Below are positions 1 through 7,661 of a stretch of 54,077 bases of DNA, one piece after another. The DNA is from Bacilli bacterium (GTDB taxonomy: Bacteria; Bacillota_I; Bacilli_A; RF39; UBA660): positions 1 to 54,077 of the forward strand of contig JAFVEF010000033.1 in NCBI GenBank assembly GCA_017478105.1. Reading direction: 5' to 3'. The notes under the pieces are model-generated. The model had not been told where the DNA came from, did not search any database, and was given only the letters and a program-made list of their open reading frames with translations. Positions within the stretch are counted from its first letter, which is position 1. Every line of letters begins with the position of its first letter. A program made the position numbers and the translations under genes.

Positions 1-18
1 ATGGTATAAAAAGCATAA

Positions 19-34
19 AGTTTCACGTGAAACA
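19..34. promoter_or_regulatory. parS-like site (candidate ParB/Spo0J binding), first of seven
   Basis: aGTTTCACGTGAAACa matches 15 of 16 positions of the palindromic parS TGTTTCACGTGAAACA. Copies lie at 19-34, 82-97 (one core mismatch), 145-160 (two), 207-222 (two), 269-284, 331-346 and 393-408. Confidence 0.7.
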
Positions 35-44
35 TAGATAAAAA

Positions 45-60
45 TATTTCCCGGGAAATA
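45..60. promoter_or_regulatory. NBS-like site (candidate Noc binding), first of seven
   Basis: TATTTCCCGGGAAATA contains the published B. subtilis Noc-binding consensus ATTTCCCGGGAAAT. Identical 16-mers lie at 45-60, 108-123, 171-186, 233-248, 295-310, 357-372 and 419-434. Confidence 0.7.
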
Positions 61-494
61 AATTAGTAGAGATAAAATTATAGTTTAACGTGAAACATAG
101 ATAAAAATATTTCCCGGGAAATAAAATAGTAACAATAAACTTAAAGTTTCACGCGGAACATGGATAAAATTATTTCCCGGGAAATAATTTGGTGGAAATA
201 AACTGAAGCTTCACGTGAAATATGGTTAAAAATATTTCCCGGGAAATAAAATGGTAAAAATAAACTGAAGTTTCACGTGAAACATAGATAAAAATATTTC
301 CCGGGAAATAAATTGGTAAAAATAAACTGAAGTTTCACGTGAAACATAGATAAAAATATTTCCCGGGAAATAAATTGGTAGAAATAAACTAAAGTTTCAC
401 GTGAAACATAGATAAAAATATTTCCCGGGAAATAATTTATACAGTTTGATATCATTGTGTATTTACTTTTTATTGATGTTATATTAAAATATGT

Positions 495-570
495 TTGTGC
501 AATGAAAGTGATTGAACCAGGTCAGAATTGGAAGATAGCAGCCTTAAGATCCTCCTTTCATGTGCACTTT
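495..570 (+). ncRNA. ffs: Small (4.5S-type) signal recognition particle RNA
   Basis: ACCAGGUCAGAAUUGGAAGAUAGCAGCC matches the conserved SRP domain IV sequence (E. coli ACCAGGUCAGGUCCGGAAGGAAGCAGCC), including the GGAA tetraloop. The closing helix is GUGCAAUGAAAG / CUUUCAUGUGCAC, followed by a U-run. Confidence 0.8.
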
Positions 571-586
571 TTTTGTTGGAGGTTTT

Positions 587-1030
587 ATGAATTCTAATTT
601 TTTTGATAAAGCTTTTAAATGTGCTGAAAAAGCATTAAAGTGTGATGAAGTTCCAGTTGGTTGCGTTATTGTTAAAGACAATGAAATTATTTCAACTGGT
701 TATAATAAAAAAGAATCTACGAATAAAGTAATATCTCATGCTGAAATAATTGCTATTACAAAAGCTGAAAAAAAGCTTAATAATTGGCGACTTGATGAAT
801 GTGATATTTATGTTACTCTAGATCCTTGCCCTATGTGTGCTAGTGCTATTAAACAGGCTAGAATTAAAAATGTATATTCCGCTTTATCTAATTCAGATGA
901 AAGAAATTCTTTTATTATAAGTGAGATTTTTAATGCTGATAATTGTAATGCAGAAGTTAATTTTGAAACAAATTTATATTGTGGAAAATCAAAAAAATTA
1001 CTAAATTCTTTTTTTAAAGACAAACGTTGA
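587..1030 (+). CDS. tadA: tRNA-specific adenosine deaminase
   Basis: Zinc deaminase motifs HAE and PCPMC are present. GGAGG at 578-582 precedes ATG 587. The 560 start given in the ORF track lies inside the SRP RNA. Confidence 0.9.
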   Translation: MNSNFFDKAFKCAEKALKCDEVPVGCVIVKDNEIISTGYNKKESTNKVISHAEIIAITKAEKKLNNWRLDECDIYVTLDPCPMCASAIKQARIKNVYSALSNSDERNSFIISEIFNADNCNAEVNFETNLYCGKSKKLLNSFFKDKR

Positions 1031-1067
1031 GTTCTTATTTATGATATAATTAAATTGAGGTGTTTTT

Positions 1068-2759
1068 ATGTATCAAGCTTTGTATAGAAAATATAGACCT
1101 AAAGATTTTGATTCTGTTGTTGGACAAGATCATATTGTTAAAACTTTAAAAAACTCTATTAAGAATCATACTTTTTCTCACGCTTATATGTTTTTTGGAT
1201 CTAGAGGTATTGGAAAGACTACTGTTTCAAAAATCTTTGCTAGAAATGTTAATTGCTTGAATTCTAAGGATGGTTTAGCTTGTGGAAAATGTTCTAATTG
1301 CAAAAATTCTTTTTCTAACGAATGTGTTGATATTATTGAAATTGATGCTGCTTCAAATAATGGAGTAGATGATATTAGAAATTTAAAATCTAAAGTATCA
1401 TTAGTTCCTGCTGAATTGACATATAAAGTATATATTATTGATGAAGTTCATATGTTATCTATTGAAGCTTTTAATGCCTTATTAAAGACATTGGAAGAAC
1501 CGCCTAGTCATGCTATTTTTATTTTAGCTACAACTGATCCTCAAAAAGTTCCTGAGACTATTATTTCTAGATGTCAGTGCTTCTCATTTCAAAGAATTTC
1601 TCCTGAAATAATTGTAAATAAGCTTGTGGAAATATGTAAAAATGAGAAGATTAAAATTGATTCTGATGTTTTGTATAATATAGCTGTTTTTTCTGAGGGA
1701 GGATTGCGTGATTCTATTGGTTTATTAGATAAACTTATATCTTATAATCCTAATAATATTACAATGGATGATTTTACTGAGATTAATGGTATTATTTCTG
1801 AAGGTATGATTAAAGAATTTTCTAATTATGTTTTTTCTGGTGATGTAAAAAATGTTTTATTATCTATTAGTGATTTTGAAAATGATGGTAAAAATTTAGT
1901 TCAAATTTATATTCAATTATTGAATTATTTGCGTAAAATCATTGTGGATTATTTTTTGAGTAATACTTTACTTGATTATTCGATTGATTTATTACAGAAA
2001 TTTTTATTTGTTTTAAACGAAAATATGTTCGATATAAAAAATAGCGATAACTCTAGAGTTTTTTTTGAAATGATTGTCTTAAAATTTATAAGTGATAATT
2101 CATTATTTAAAAATACTGTTAGTAATATTTCAAAAGGTGTAAATGATTCTACTGCTGTTATTATTGAAAGTAATGATGGTGATAATGCTATAGAAGATGT
2201 TGTTTTAGGTAAAGAAGAACCTGATGATATTCTTGTAGATGAAAGTAAGATGAAGTCTTTAACTGATTTAAATAGTAATATTAGGAAGGTTGTTAATTTA
2301 GCTGATATTATGAAAGTTAGAGTTAATAATACTTTAGCTATGGCTAATAAGAAATTATTGATTGAGGAAAAGGATAAGTTTAAGGAATTACAAGATTATT
2401 CTTTTGATCAAAAGATAGGTTATATTGTTTGTTCTTTATTAGATTCTAATTTAAGAGCTGTAAGTGAAAATGAAATGATTATTAGTTTTAATTTAAAATC
2501 TACTGTTGATCAAAATTTAGTTATTTTATCTAGTATTGAAGATGTTTATAATAAAATTACTAATTCAAATAAAAAAATAGCTATTGTAAGTGATGATGAT
2601 TGGGAAAAAATTAAAAGTGAGTATATTTCTAATTTAAAGAATAATGTTAGTTATAAAATTGAGGAAGAACCTGATGAAATATTTGAGAATTTAAATAATG
2701 ATGATATAATAACTAGTAGTGCAATTAATCTTTTTGGAGATATTGTAGAAGTAGAATAA
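1068..2759 (+). CDS. dnaX: DNA polymerase III subunit gamma/tau
   Basis: N-terminus YRPKDFDSVVGQ, Walker A GSRGIGKTT, DEVHML box, SRC motif. Conserved dnaX-ybaB-recR gene order. Confidence 0.95.
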   Translation: MYQALYRKYRPKDFDSVVGQDHIVKTLKNSIKNHTFSHAYMFFGSRGIGKTTVSKIFARNVNCLNSKDGLACGKCSNCKNSFSNECVDIIEIDAASNNGVDDIRNLKSKVSLVPAELTYKVYIIDEVHMLSIEAFNALLKTLEEPPSHAIFILATTDPQKVPETIISRCQCFSFQRISPEIIVNKLVEICKNEKIKIDSDVLYNIAVFSEGGLRDSIGLLDKLISYNPNNITMDDFTEINGIISEGMIKEFSNYVFSGDVKNVLLSISDFENDGKNLVQIYIQLLNYLRKIIVDYFLSNTLLDYSIDLLQKFLFVLNENMFDIKNSDNSRVFFEMIVLKFISDNSLFKNTVSNISKGVNDSTAVIIESNDGDNAIEDVVLGKEEPDDILVDESKMKSLTDLNSNIRKVVNLADIMKVRVNNTLAMANKKLLIEEKDKFKELQDYSFDQKIGYIVCSLLDSNLRAVSENEMIISFNLKSTVDQNLVILSSIEDVYNKITNSNKKIAIVSDDDWEKIKSEYISNLKNNVSYKIEEEPDEIFENLNNDDIITSSAINLFGDIVEVE

Positions 2760-2772
2760 AGGAGATGTTAGT

Positions 2773-3066
2773 ATGAATATGCAAGCTATGTTAAAACAAG
2801 CTCAAGCTTTACAAAAAGATATGATGAAAGTAAAAGATGAAATAGATAAGACTGAATTTGTTGGAGAGAGTTCTTTTGTAAAAGTAACTTTATATGGAAC
2901 AAGAGAAGCTAAATCTGTTGAAATTAATTCTGATTCTTTGGATAAGGATGATGTGGAAGCATTACAAGACATGCTTGTTATTGCTATTAATGAGGCTAAT
3001 AAAAAAATTGATAAAGAAACAGAATCTAAGATGGGTAAATTTGGGAATATTCCTGGATTATTTTAG
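2773..3066 (+). CDS. ybaB: YbaB/EbfC family nucleoid-associated protein
   Basis: About 97 aa. N-terminus MQAMLKQAQALQKDM is typical of the family. Located between dnaX and recR. Confidence 0.9.
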   Translation: MNMQAMLKQAQALQKDMMKVKDEIDKTEFVGESSFVKVTLYGTREAKSVEINSDSLDKDDVEALQDMLVIAINEANKKIDKETESKMGKFGNIPGLF

Positions 3067-3074
3067 GTATTTTT

Positions 3075-3671
3075 ATGTATCCTGAAAGTATTAGGTGTTT
3101 AATTGAATCTTTTAAATGTTTACCAGGTATAGGTGAAAAAACAGCTGAAAGATTAGCTTTTTCTGTTTTGGATATGGAAGAAGAACAGGTTGAATTGTTT
3201 TCTAGTAGTTTGATGGATGTTATTAATAATGTTCATAAGTGTCCTATTTGTAATAGTTTAACTGATTCTGATATTTGCAGTATTTGTTCAGATCCAACAC
3301 GTGATAGTAAAATATTATGTATTGTTGAAGATTCTAAAAGTGTTTTCTTGTTTGAAAAATTAGGAATGTTTCATGGAAAATACCATGTAATTGATGGTTT
3401 AATCTCACCATTAGATGGTGTTAATCCTGAAGATATTGGCTTAAATAAACTATTAGATAGATTAAATGAGGAAAAGTTTGAAGAAATTGTGTTTGCCTTG
3501 AAACCTTCTATTGAAGGTGAAACTACCTCATTGTATATAAAGAAAATATTAGAGGGTATGGATATTAAGGTAACACGTTTAGCCAGTGGTTTACCTATAG
3601 GTGCTGATATAGAGTATGTTGATAGTTTAACGCTAGAAAGAGCAATTAATGATAGAAAGATTATTGAATAA
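3075..3671 (+). CDS. recR: Recombination protein RecR
   Basis: HhH LPGIGEKTAERLAF, C4 zinc finger CPICNS...CSIC, C-terminal Toprim. Confidence 0.95.
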   Translation: MYPESIRCLIESFKCLPGIGEKTAERLAFSVLDMEEEQVELFSSSLMDVINNVHKCPICNSLTDSDICSICSDPTRDSKILCIVEDSKSVFLFEKLGMFHGKYHVIDGLISPLDGVNPEDIGLNKLLDRLNEEKFEEIVFALKPSIEGETTSLYIKKILEGMDIKVTRLASGLPIGADIEYVDSLTLERAINDRKIIE

Positions 3672-3884
3672 TATGTTTTTATTTTCATATTTTATATTGG
3701 TGATATATATTGATTAAATTATTTAAAAAAGTTATTTTTTCTTTTTTATTGTTATATTTGTTTAATTATATTTTTGGGATTATTATTCCTATAAATATTT
3801 ATACTTTTTCAAGTACTTTTTTTCTAGGAATAAATGGTATATTATTATTGGCTGTTTTTAAATTGATGTTATAGAGGTGTATTT

Positions 3885-4742
3885 ATGAATGATAAATCTT
3901 TATTGAAACAAAAATTTATTGATTATGTTGATTCTATAATTGTGAATAAAAAGATTTCTCATGCATATTTGATTGAATTATCTGATTATGAAGAAGATTA
4001 TAATTATGTATTATCTTTTGTGAAGATGATTTTATGTGATATATCTTATGAAAAATTATTTGGTAGTAATAATAATTTGATTAGTCAAATTGATAATAAT
4101 AATTATCTTGATTTAAAGGTAATTGAACCTATTGGTAATAGTATTAGAAAGAGTCAACTTACTGATTTACAAGATGATTTTTCTAATACTTCTTTAATAA
4201 ATGGAAAGAGAATTTATATTATTAAAAACGCGGAAAAACTTAATAGTTCATCCGCAAATACTATTTTAAAGTTTTTAGAAGAACCTGTTGATAATGTTGT
4301 AGCTATTTTGGTTACTACTAATAGATATAAAATAATTAAGACTATTTTATCGAGATGTCAAATTTTATCTTTGAAAGAGGAAAAATTAGATTTTGACTAT
4401 GATGATGAATTTATAGATTTTTTAAGTTTGTTGTTAAATCCTAAAAACTTTTTTATAAATTATAAATCTATAACTGAAAGTTATCTTGTGGATAAAAATG
4501 TTGCTTTGAATTATTTTGGGTTAGTTGAAAAATCGATTATTTCTTTTTTTCATAATAAGTACTCTGGTGATAGTGTTGATAAAAGAATTTATGATGTTTT
4601 GTCTTCAAAAACGGATAGTTATTTATTAAAATATTTGAGTATAATAGAGAGTGAATTAAAAAAGTTAAATTATAATGTTAATTTTAAATTATGGTTAGAT
4701 TCAATTCTTGCTAGATTATTAGTGGAGGTTAATTATGATTGA
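3885..4742 (+). CDS. holB: DNA polymerase III delta-prime subunit
   Basis: SHAYL motif, FLEEP, SRCQ box. Located upstream of yaaT as in Bacillus. Confidence 0.8.
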   Translation: MNDKSLLKQKFIDYVDSIIVNKKISHAYLIELSDYEEDYNYVLSFVKMILCDISYEKLFGSNNNLISQIDNNNYLDLKVIEPIGNSIRKSQLTDLQDDFSNTSLINGKRIYIIKNAEKLNSSSANTILKFLEEPVDNVVAILVTTNRYKIIKTILSRCQILSLKEEKLDFDYDDEFIDFLSLLLNPKNFFINYKSITESYLVDKNVALNYFGLVEKSIISFFHNKYSGDSVDKRIYDVLSSKTDSYLLKYLSIIESELKKLNYNVNFKLWLDSILARLLVEVNYD

Positions 4743-5520
4743 TGTTGTTGCTGTTAGTTGCGATATATTGAATAATATTTATTATTTATCACCTAATGGA
4801 TTAGATTTAAAGAAAGGTGATAGTGTTATTTTTGAAACTGATAATGGATTATTAGTTGGAAAAGTATGCAAAGAAGTTTATCAAGAAAAGTCTAATAATC
4901 TTGTTTTGCCTTTAAATAAAGTTTTAAGATTGTCTTCAAAAGATGATTTGAAGAAAAATGAGAAAAATATTCATCAAGCAGAAAAAGCTCTTAGTGATGC
5001 TAAAAAGATAAGTAAGGAATTAAATTTAGATATGAATATAATTGATGCTTATTATTATTTTGATAATTCTCAACTTGTATTTTCATTTTTATCTGAAAAT
5101 AGAGTTGATTTTCGTGAATTAGCTAAAAAATTGGCTTCTAAATATAAGACTAGAATTGAATTAAGACAAATTGGTGTACGTGATAAAGCTAAAAAAATAG
5201 GTGGTTTAGGACCATGTGGATTATTCTTATGTTGTAATACATTTTTAAATGATTTTTCAAGTGTTTCTATAAATATGGCTAAAAATCAGATGTTGGCATT
5301 AAATCCTTCTAAAATAAATGGTATGTGTGGAAGATTACTTTGTTGTTTAGGTTATGAAAATGAGACATATACAGCATTAAAAAAAGATTTACCTAAGGTT
5401 GGATTAGTTACTGATACTCCTTTAGGTATGGGGAAAGTAGTTTCTATTGATGTGTTTAGAAAAAAATATTCTGTAGATTTAAAAGAAAAGGGTATTGTTA
5501 CTTTTGAAAAGGAAGATTAG
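4735..5520 (+). CDS. ricT: PSP1 domain protein (RicT/YaaT family)
   Basis: ELRQIGVRDKAK...GPCG..LCC...CGRLLCCL cysteine-rich PSP1 C-terminal signature. Confidence 0.85.
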   Translation: MIDVVAVSCDILNNIYYLSPNGLDLKKGDSVIFETDNGLLVGKVCKEVYQEKSNNLVLPLNKVLRLSSKDDLKKNEKNIHQAEKALSDAKKISKELNLDMNIIDAYYYFDNSQLVFSFLSENRVDFRELAKKLASKYKTRIELRQIGVRDKAKKIGGLGPCGLFLCCNTFLNDFSSVSINMAKNQMLALNPSKINGMCGRLLCCLGYENETYTALKKDLPKVGLVTDTPLGMGKVVSIDVFRKKYSVDLKEKGIVTFEKED

Positions 5521-5525
5521 TTACG

Positions 5526-6254
5526 ATGGAAATGCTTAATGATATTTTAGGTTATGATAATTTAAAAATTTACCAAGATACTGATTTTTTTTCTTTTTCT
5601 TTGGATAGTATAGTTTTAGCAAATTATTCTACAGTTCGATTAAGAGATAAAAAAATACTTGATTTTTGTACTGGTAATGGTATTGTACCTATTATTGTAT
5701 CTAGAAGGACTAAGTCTAATATTTTTGGTGTAGAAATACAAGATAAATTGGTGGATTTAGCAAAAAAATCTATTAGTTATAATAATCTTAATGATAGAAT
5801 TTCTATAATATGTGATGATGTTAAAAATTTTTCTAATGCTAATTTGAATTGTTTTGATTTAGTATTATGTAATCCTCCTTATTTTAAGGTTCATGATAAT
5901 TCTTCTTTAAATTTATCTTATGAAAAGAAGGTTGCTCGTCATGAGGTTTGTATTAATTTAACTGAAATATGTGAGTGTGCCAAGAAGGTTTTAAAAGATA
6001 ATGGTTCTTTTTCTATTGTTTATAGAAGTGATAGGCTTATTGAGTTAATTGATGAGTTTAGAAAACATGGGATTGAACCTAAAAAAGTTAAATTTGTATA
6101 TGAAAAAGTAGATAAAAATGCTAATCTTGTTTTATTGCAAGGACAAAAATGTGGAAAAGTTGGTCTTACAATAGAAAAACCACTTATTATGTATAATGAT
6201 GATGGTAGTATGACTGATGAATATAGTAAATTAAATAAGGAGATATTAGTATGA
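5526..6254 (+). CDS. SAM-dependent N6-adenine methyltransferase, tRNA1(Val) m6A37 (YabB/TrmN6-like)
   Basis: NPPY motif (LCNPPYF) and SAM-binding D.C.GNG. Position matches yabB of Bacillus. Confidence 0.7.
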   Translation: MEMLNDILGYDNLKIYQDTDFFSFSLDSIVLANYSTVRLRDKKILDFCTGNGIVPIIVSRRTKSNIFGVEIQDKLVDLAKKSISYNNLNDRISIICDDVKNFSNANLNCFDLVLCNPPYFKVHDNSSLNLSYEKKVARHEVCINLTEICECAKKVLKDNGSFSIVYRSDRLIELIDEFRKHGIEPKKVKFVYEKVDKNANLVLLQGQKCGKVGLTIEKPLIMYNDDGSMTDEYSKLNKEILV

Positions 6255-7087
6255 TTCAAAATAGTTATGATGATACTCCAAGTTTATACTTGGTTCCAAC
6301 ACCTATTGGAAATATTGAAGATATTACAATAAGAGCAATTAATGTTTTGAAAAGTGTTGATATTATTTTATGTGAAGATACACGTGACTCTTCTGTTTTG
6401 TTAAATAAATATGAAATTAATAAAAAATTAGTTAGTTGTCATCAATTTAATGAACTTTCTGTTGTTAATAAAGTATTATCTTATTTAGCTGATGGATTAA
6501 ATATAGCTTTGATAACTGATCAAGGGACTCCTATTATTAGTGACCCAGGTTATGTTTTAGCAAGAGAAATTATTAAAAATGGTTTCAATGTTATTAGTTT
6601 ACCTGGAGCAACGGCTTTTGTACCTGCTCTTACTTCTTCAGGAATTGAACCATCTCCATTTTTGTTTTATGGTTTTTTAAATTCAAAAAGTAGTAAGCAA
6701 AAAAAAGAGTTAGAAAGTCTTAAAAATTATTCTTTTAGTATAATTTTTTATGAATCAGTACATAGAATTCGTGAAACTTTAAAAAACATACTAGATACTA
6801 TGGGTGATAGAAATATTTGTTTATGTCGTGAATTAACGAAAGTACATGAAGAATACATTAGAGGAAAAGTATCAGAAGTGTTAGATAATTTAAATTTATT
6901 AAAGGGTGAATTTGTAATTATTGTTGAAGGAAATAAGAATTTGATTGATTTTACTGATTTAAGTATAGTTGATCATGTTAAAATGTATTTAGATGATATG
7001 AGTGAGAAAGAGGCTATTAAAAAAGTTGCTTTGGAAAGAAATGTAGCAAAGTCAATTATTTATAAGGAATATCATGAGGGGAAGTGA
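6251..7087 (+). CDS. rsmI: 16S rRNA (cytidine1402-2'-O)-methyltransferase
   Basis: LYLVPTPIGN..DIT.RA...L..VD.ILCEDTR tetrapyrrole-methylase-type N-terminus. Confidence 0.9.
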   Translation: MIQNSYDDTPSLYLVPTPIGNIEDITIRAINVLKSVDIILCEDTRDSSVLLNKYEINKKLVSCHQFNELSVVNKVLSYLADGLNIALITDQGTPIISDPGYVLAREIIKNGFNVISLPGATAFVPALTSSGIEPSPFLFYGFLNSKSSKQKKELESLKNYSFSIIFYESVHRIRETLKNILDTMGDRNICLCRELTKVHEEYIRGKVSEVLDNLNLLKGEFVIIVEGNKNLIDFTDLSIVDHVKMYLDDMSEKEAIKKVALERNVAKSIIYKEYHEGK

Positions 7088-7091
7088 TAAA

Positions 7092-7661
7092 ATGAAACTT
7101 GTTGTAGGGTTAGGTAATCCTGGAAAAGAATATGATAATACTCGTCATAATGTTGGTTTTTCATTTATTGATTTTTATTTAGCAAGCAAGAATATTATCC
7201 CAAATTGGTCTAAAAAATTTGATGGATTGGTTTATTCCTGTACTTTAAATAGTGAAAAGGTTTTATTTTTAAAACCACAAACATTTATGAATTTATCTGG
7301 TAATTCTGTTATTAAAGCAATGAAATATTATGATATTGATATTAACGATATTCTTGTTGTTTCAGATGATATGGATATTATATTGGGTAATTTTAAATTA
7401 AAATCTGCTGGATCTTGTGGTGGACATAATGGTTTGAGGGATATTGAAAATAAATTAGCTTCTAGTGATTATAAAAGATTAAAAATAGGAATATCAAAGC
7501 ATAATGATATTGAATCTAAAGATTATGTTTTGGGTAAATTTTCTAAGGATGAGAATAGTGTTCTTAATGATTTATTTTTAAAACTATGCTCTGTACTTGA
7601 TGATTATTTCCTACTTCCATTTAGTGATTTAATGAGTAAATATAATCGAAAGAACAGGTGA
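7092..7661 (+). CDS. pth: Peptidyl-tRNA hydrolase
   Basis: MKLVVGLGNPG.EY..TRHNVGF. Start taken at the internal ATG after GAGGGG. The ORF track starts at 7074. Confidence 0.92.
   Translation: MKLVVGLGNPGKEYDNTRHNVGFSFIDFYLASKNIIPNWSKKFDGLVYSCTLNSEKVLFLKPQTFMNLSGNSVIKAMKYYDIDINDILVVSDDMDIILGNFKLKSAGSCGGHNGLRDIENKLASSDYKRLKIGISKHNDIESKDYVLGKFSKDENSVLNDLFLKLCSVLDDYFLLPFSDLMSKYNRKNR

Larger units (their letters stand above)
1..440. repeat. Tandem array of at least 7 units (period 62-63 bp). Each unit holds a parS-like palindrome plus an NBS-like palindrome. The array is truncated by the window start.
   Basis: GTTTCACGTGAAAC-type cores start at 20, 83, 146, 208, 270, 332 and 394. TTTCCCGGGAAA cores start at 47, 110, 173, 235, 297, 359 and 421. 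The segments between the palindromes are also conserved (atagataaaaata and taaattggtaaaaataaactgaa). Bases 1-19 resemble the tail of a further unit. Confidence 0.95.

Noticed and set aside
1-440. Possible CRISPR array, because of regularly spaced palindromic repeats
   Set aside because: The segments between the palindromes are themselves conserved from unit to unit, so there are no unique spacers. The whole 62-63 bp unit is the repeat, and no cas genes are nearby.
273-455. 60-aa minus-strand ORF across the tandem array
   Set aside because: The ORF is generated by the periodic repeat itself, and its peptide is internally repetitive. It has no RBS and lies in non-coding repeat DNA.
560-586. 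Upstream start (MCTFFVGGF...) for tadA given in the ORF track
   Set aside because: It lies inside the 3' helix and U-run of the SRP RNA. The GGAGG at 578-582 serves ATG 587.
2560-2610. A-runs in dnaX (aataaaaaaatag, gggaaaaaatt) as a possible programmed -1 frameshift site like E. coli dnaX
   Set aside because: They lie near the C-terminus rather than at the domain III/IV boundary. No downstream hairpin is present, and frameshifting is not a known feature of Firmicutes dnaX.
2894-3085. Off-frame same-strand ORFs at 2894..3085, 15187..15381, 19753..19938 and 36630..36842
   Set aside because: Each is fully nested in a well-supported gene. None has an RBS or a recognisable motif, and their composition is low-complexity, reflecting Lys/Asn-rich host frames. 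The nested ORF at 25302..25697 differs in having both an RBS and a family signature.
3672-3884. 213-bp AT-rich recR-holB spacer as a possible RNA gene or origin-like region
   Set aside because: Only a plausible extended -10 (TGGTATATT at about 3835) was seen. There are no DnaA-box clusters, tRNA-like structures or conserved RNA motifs.
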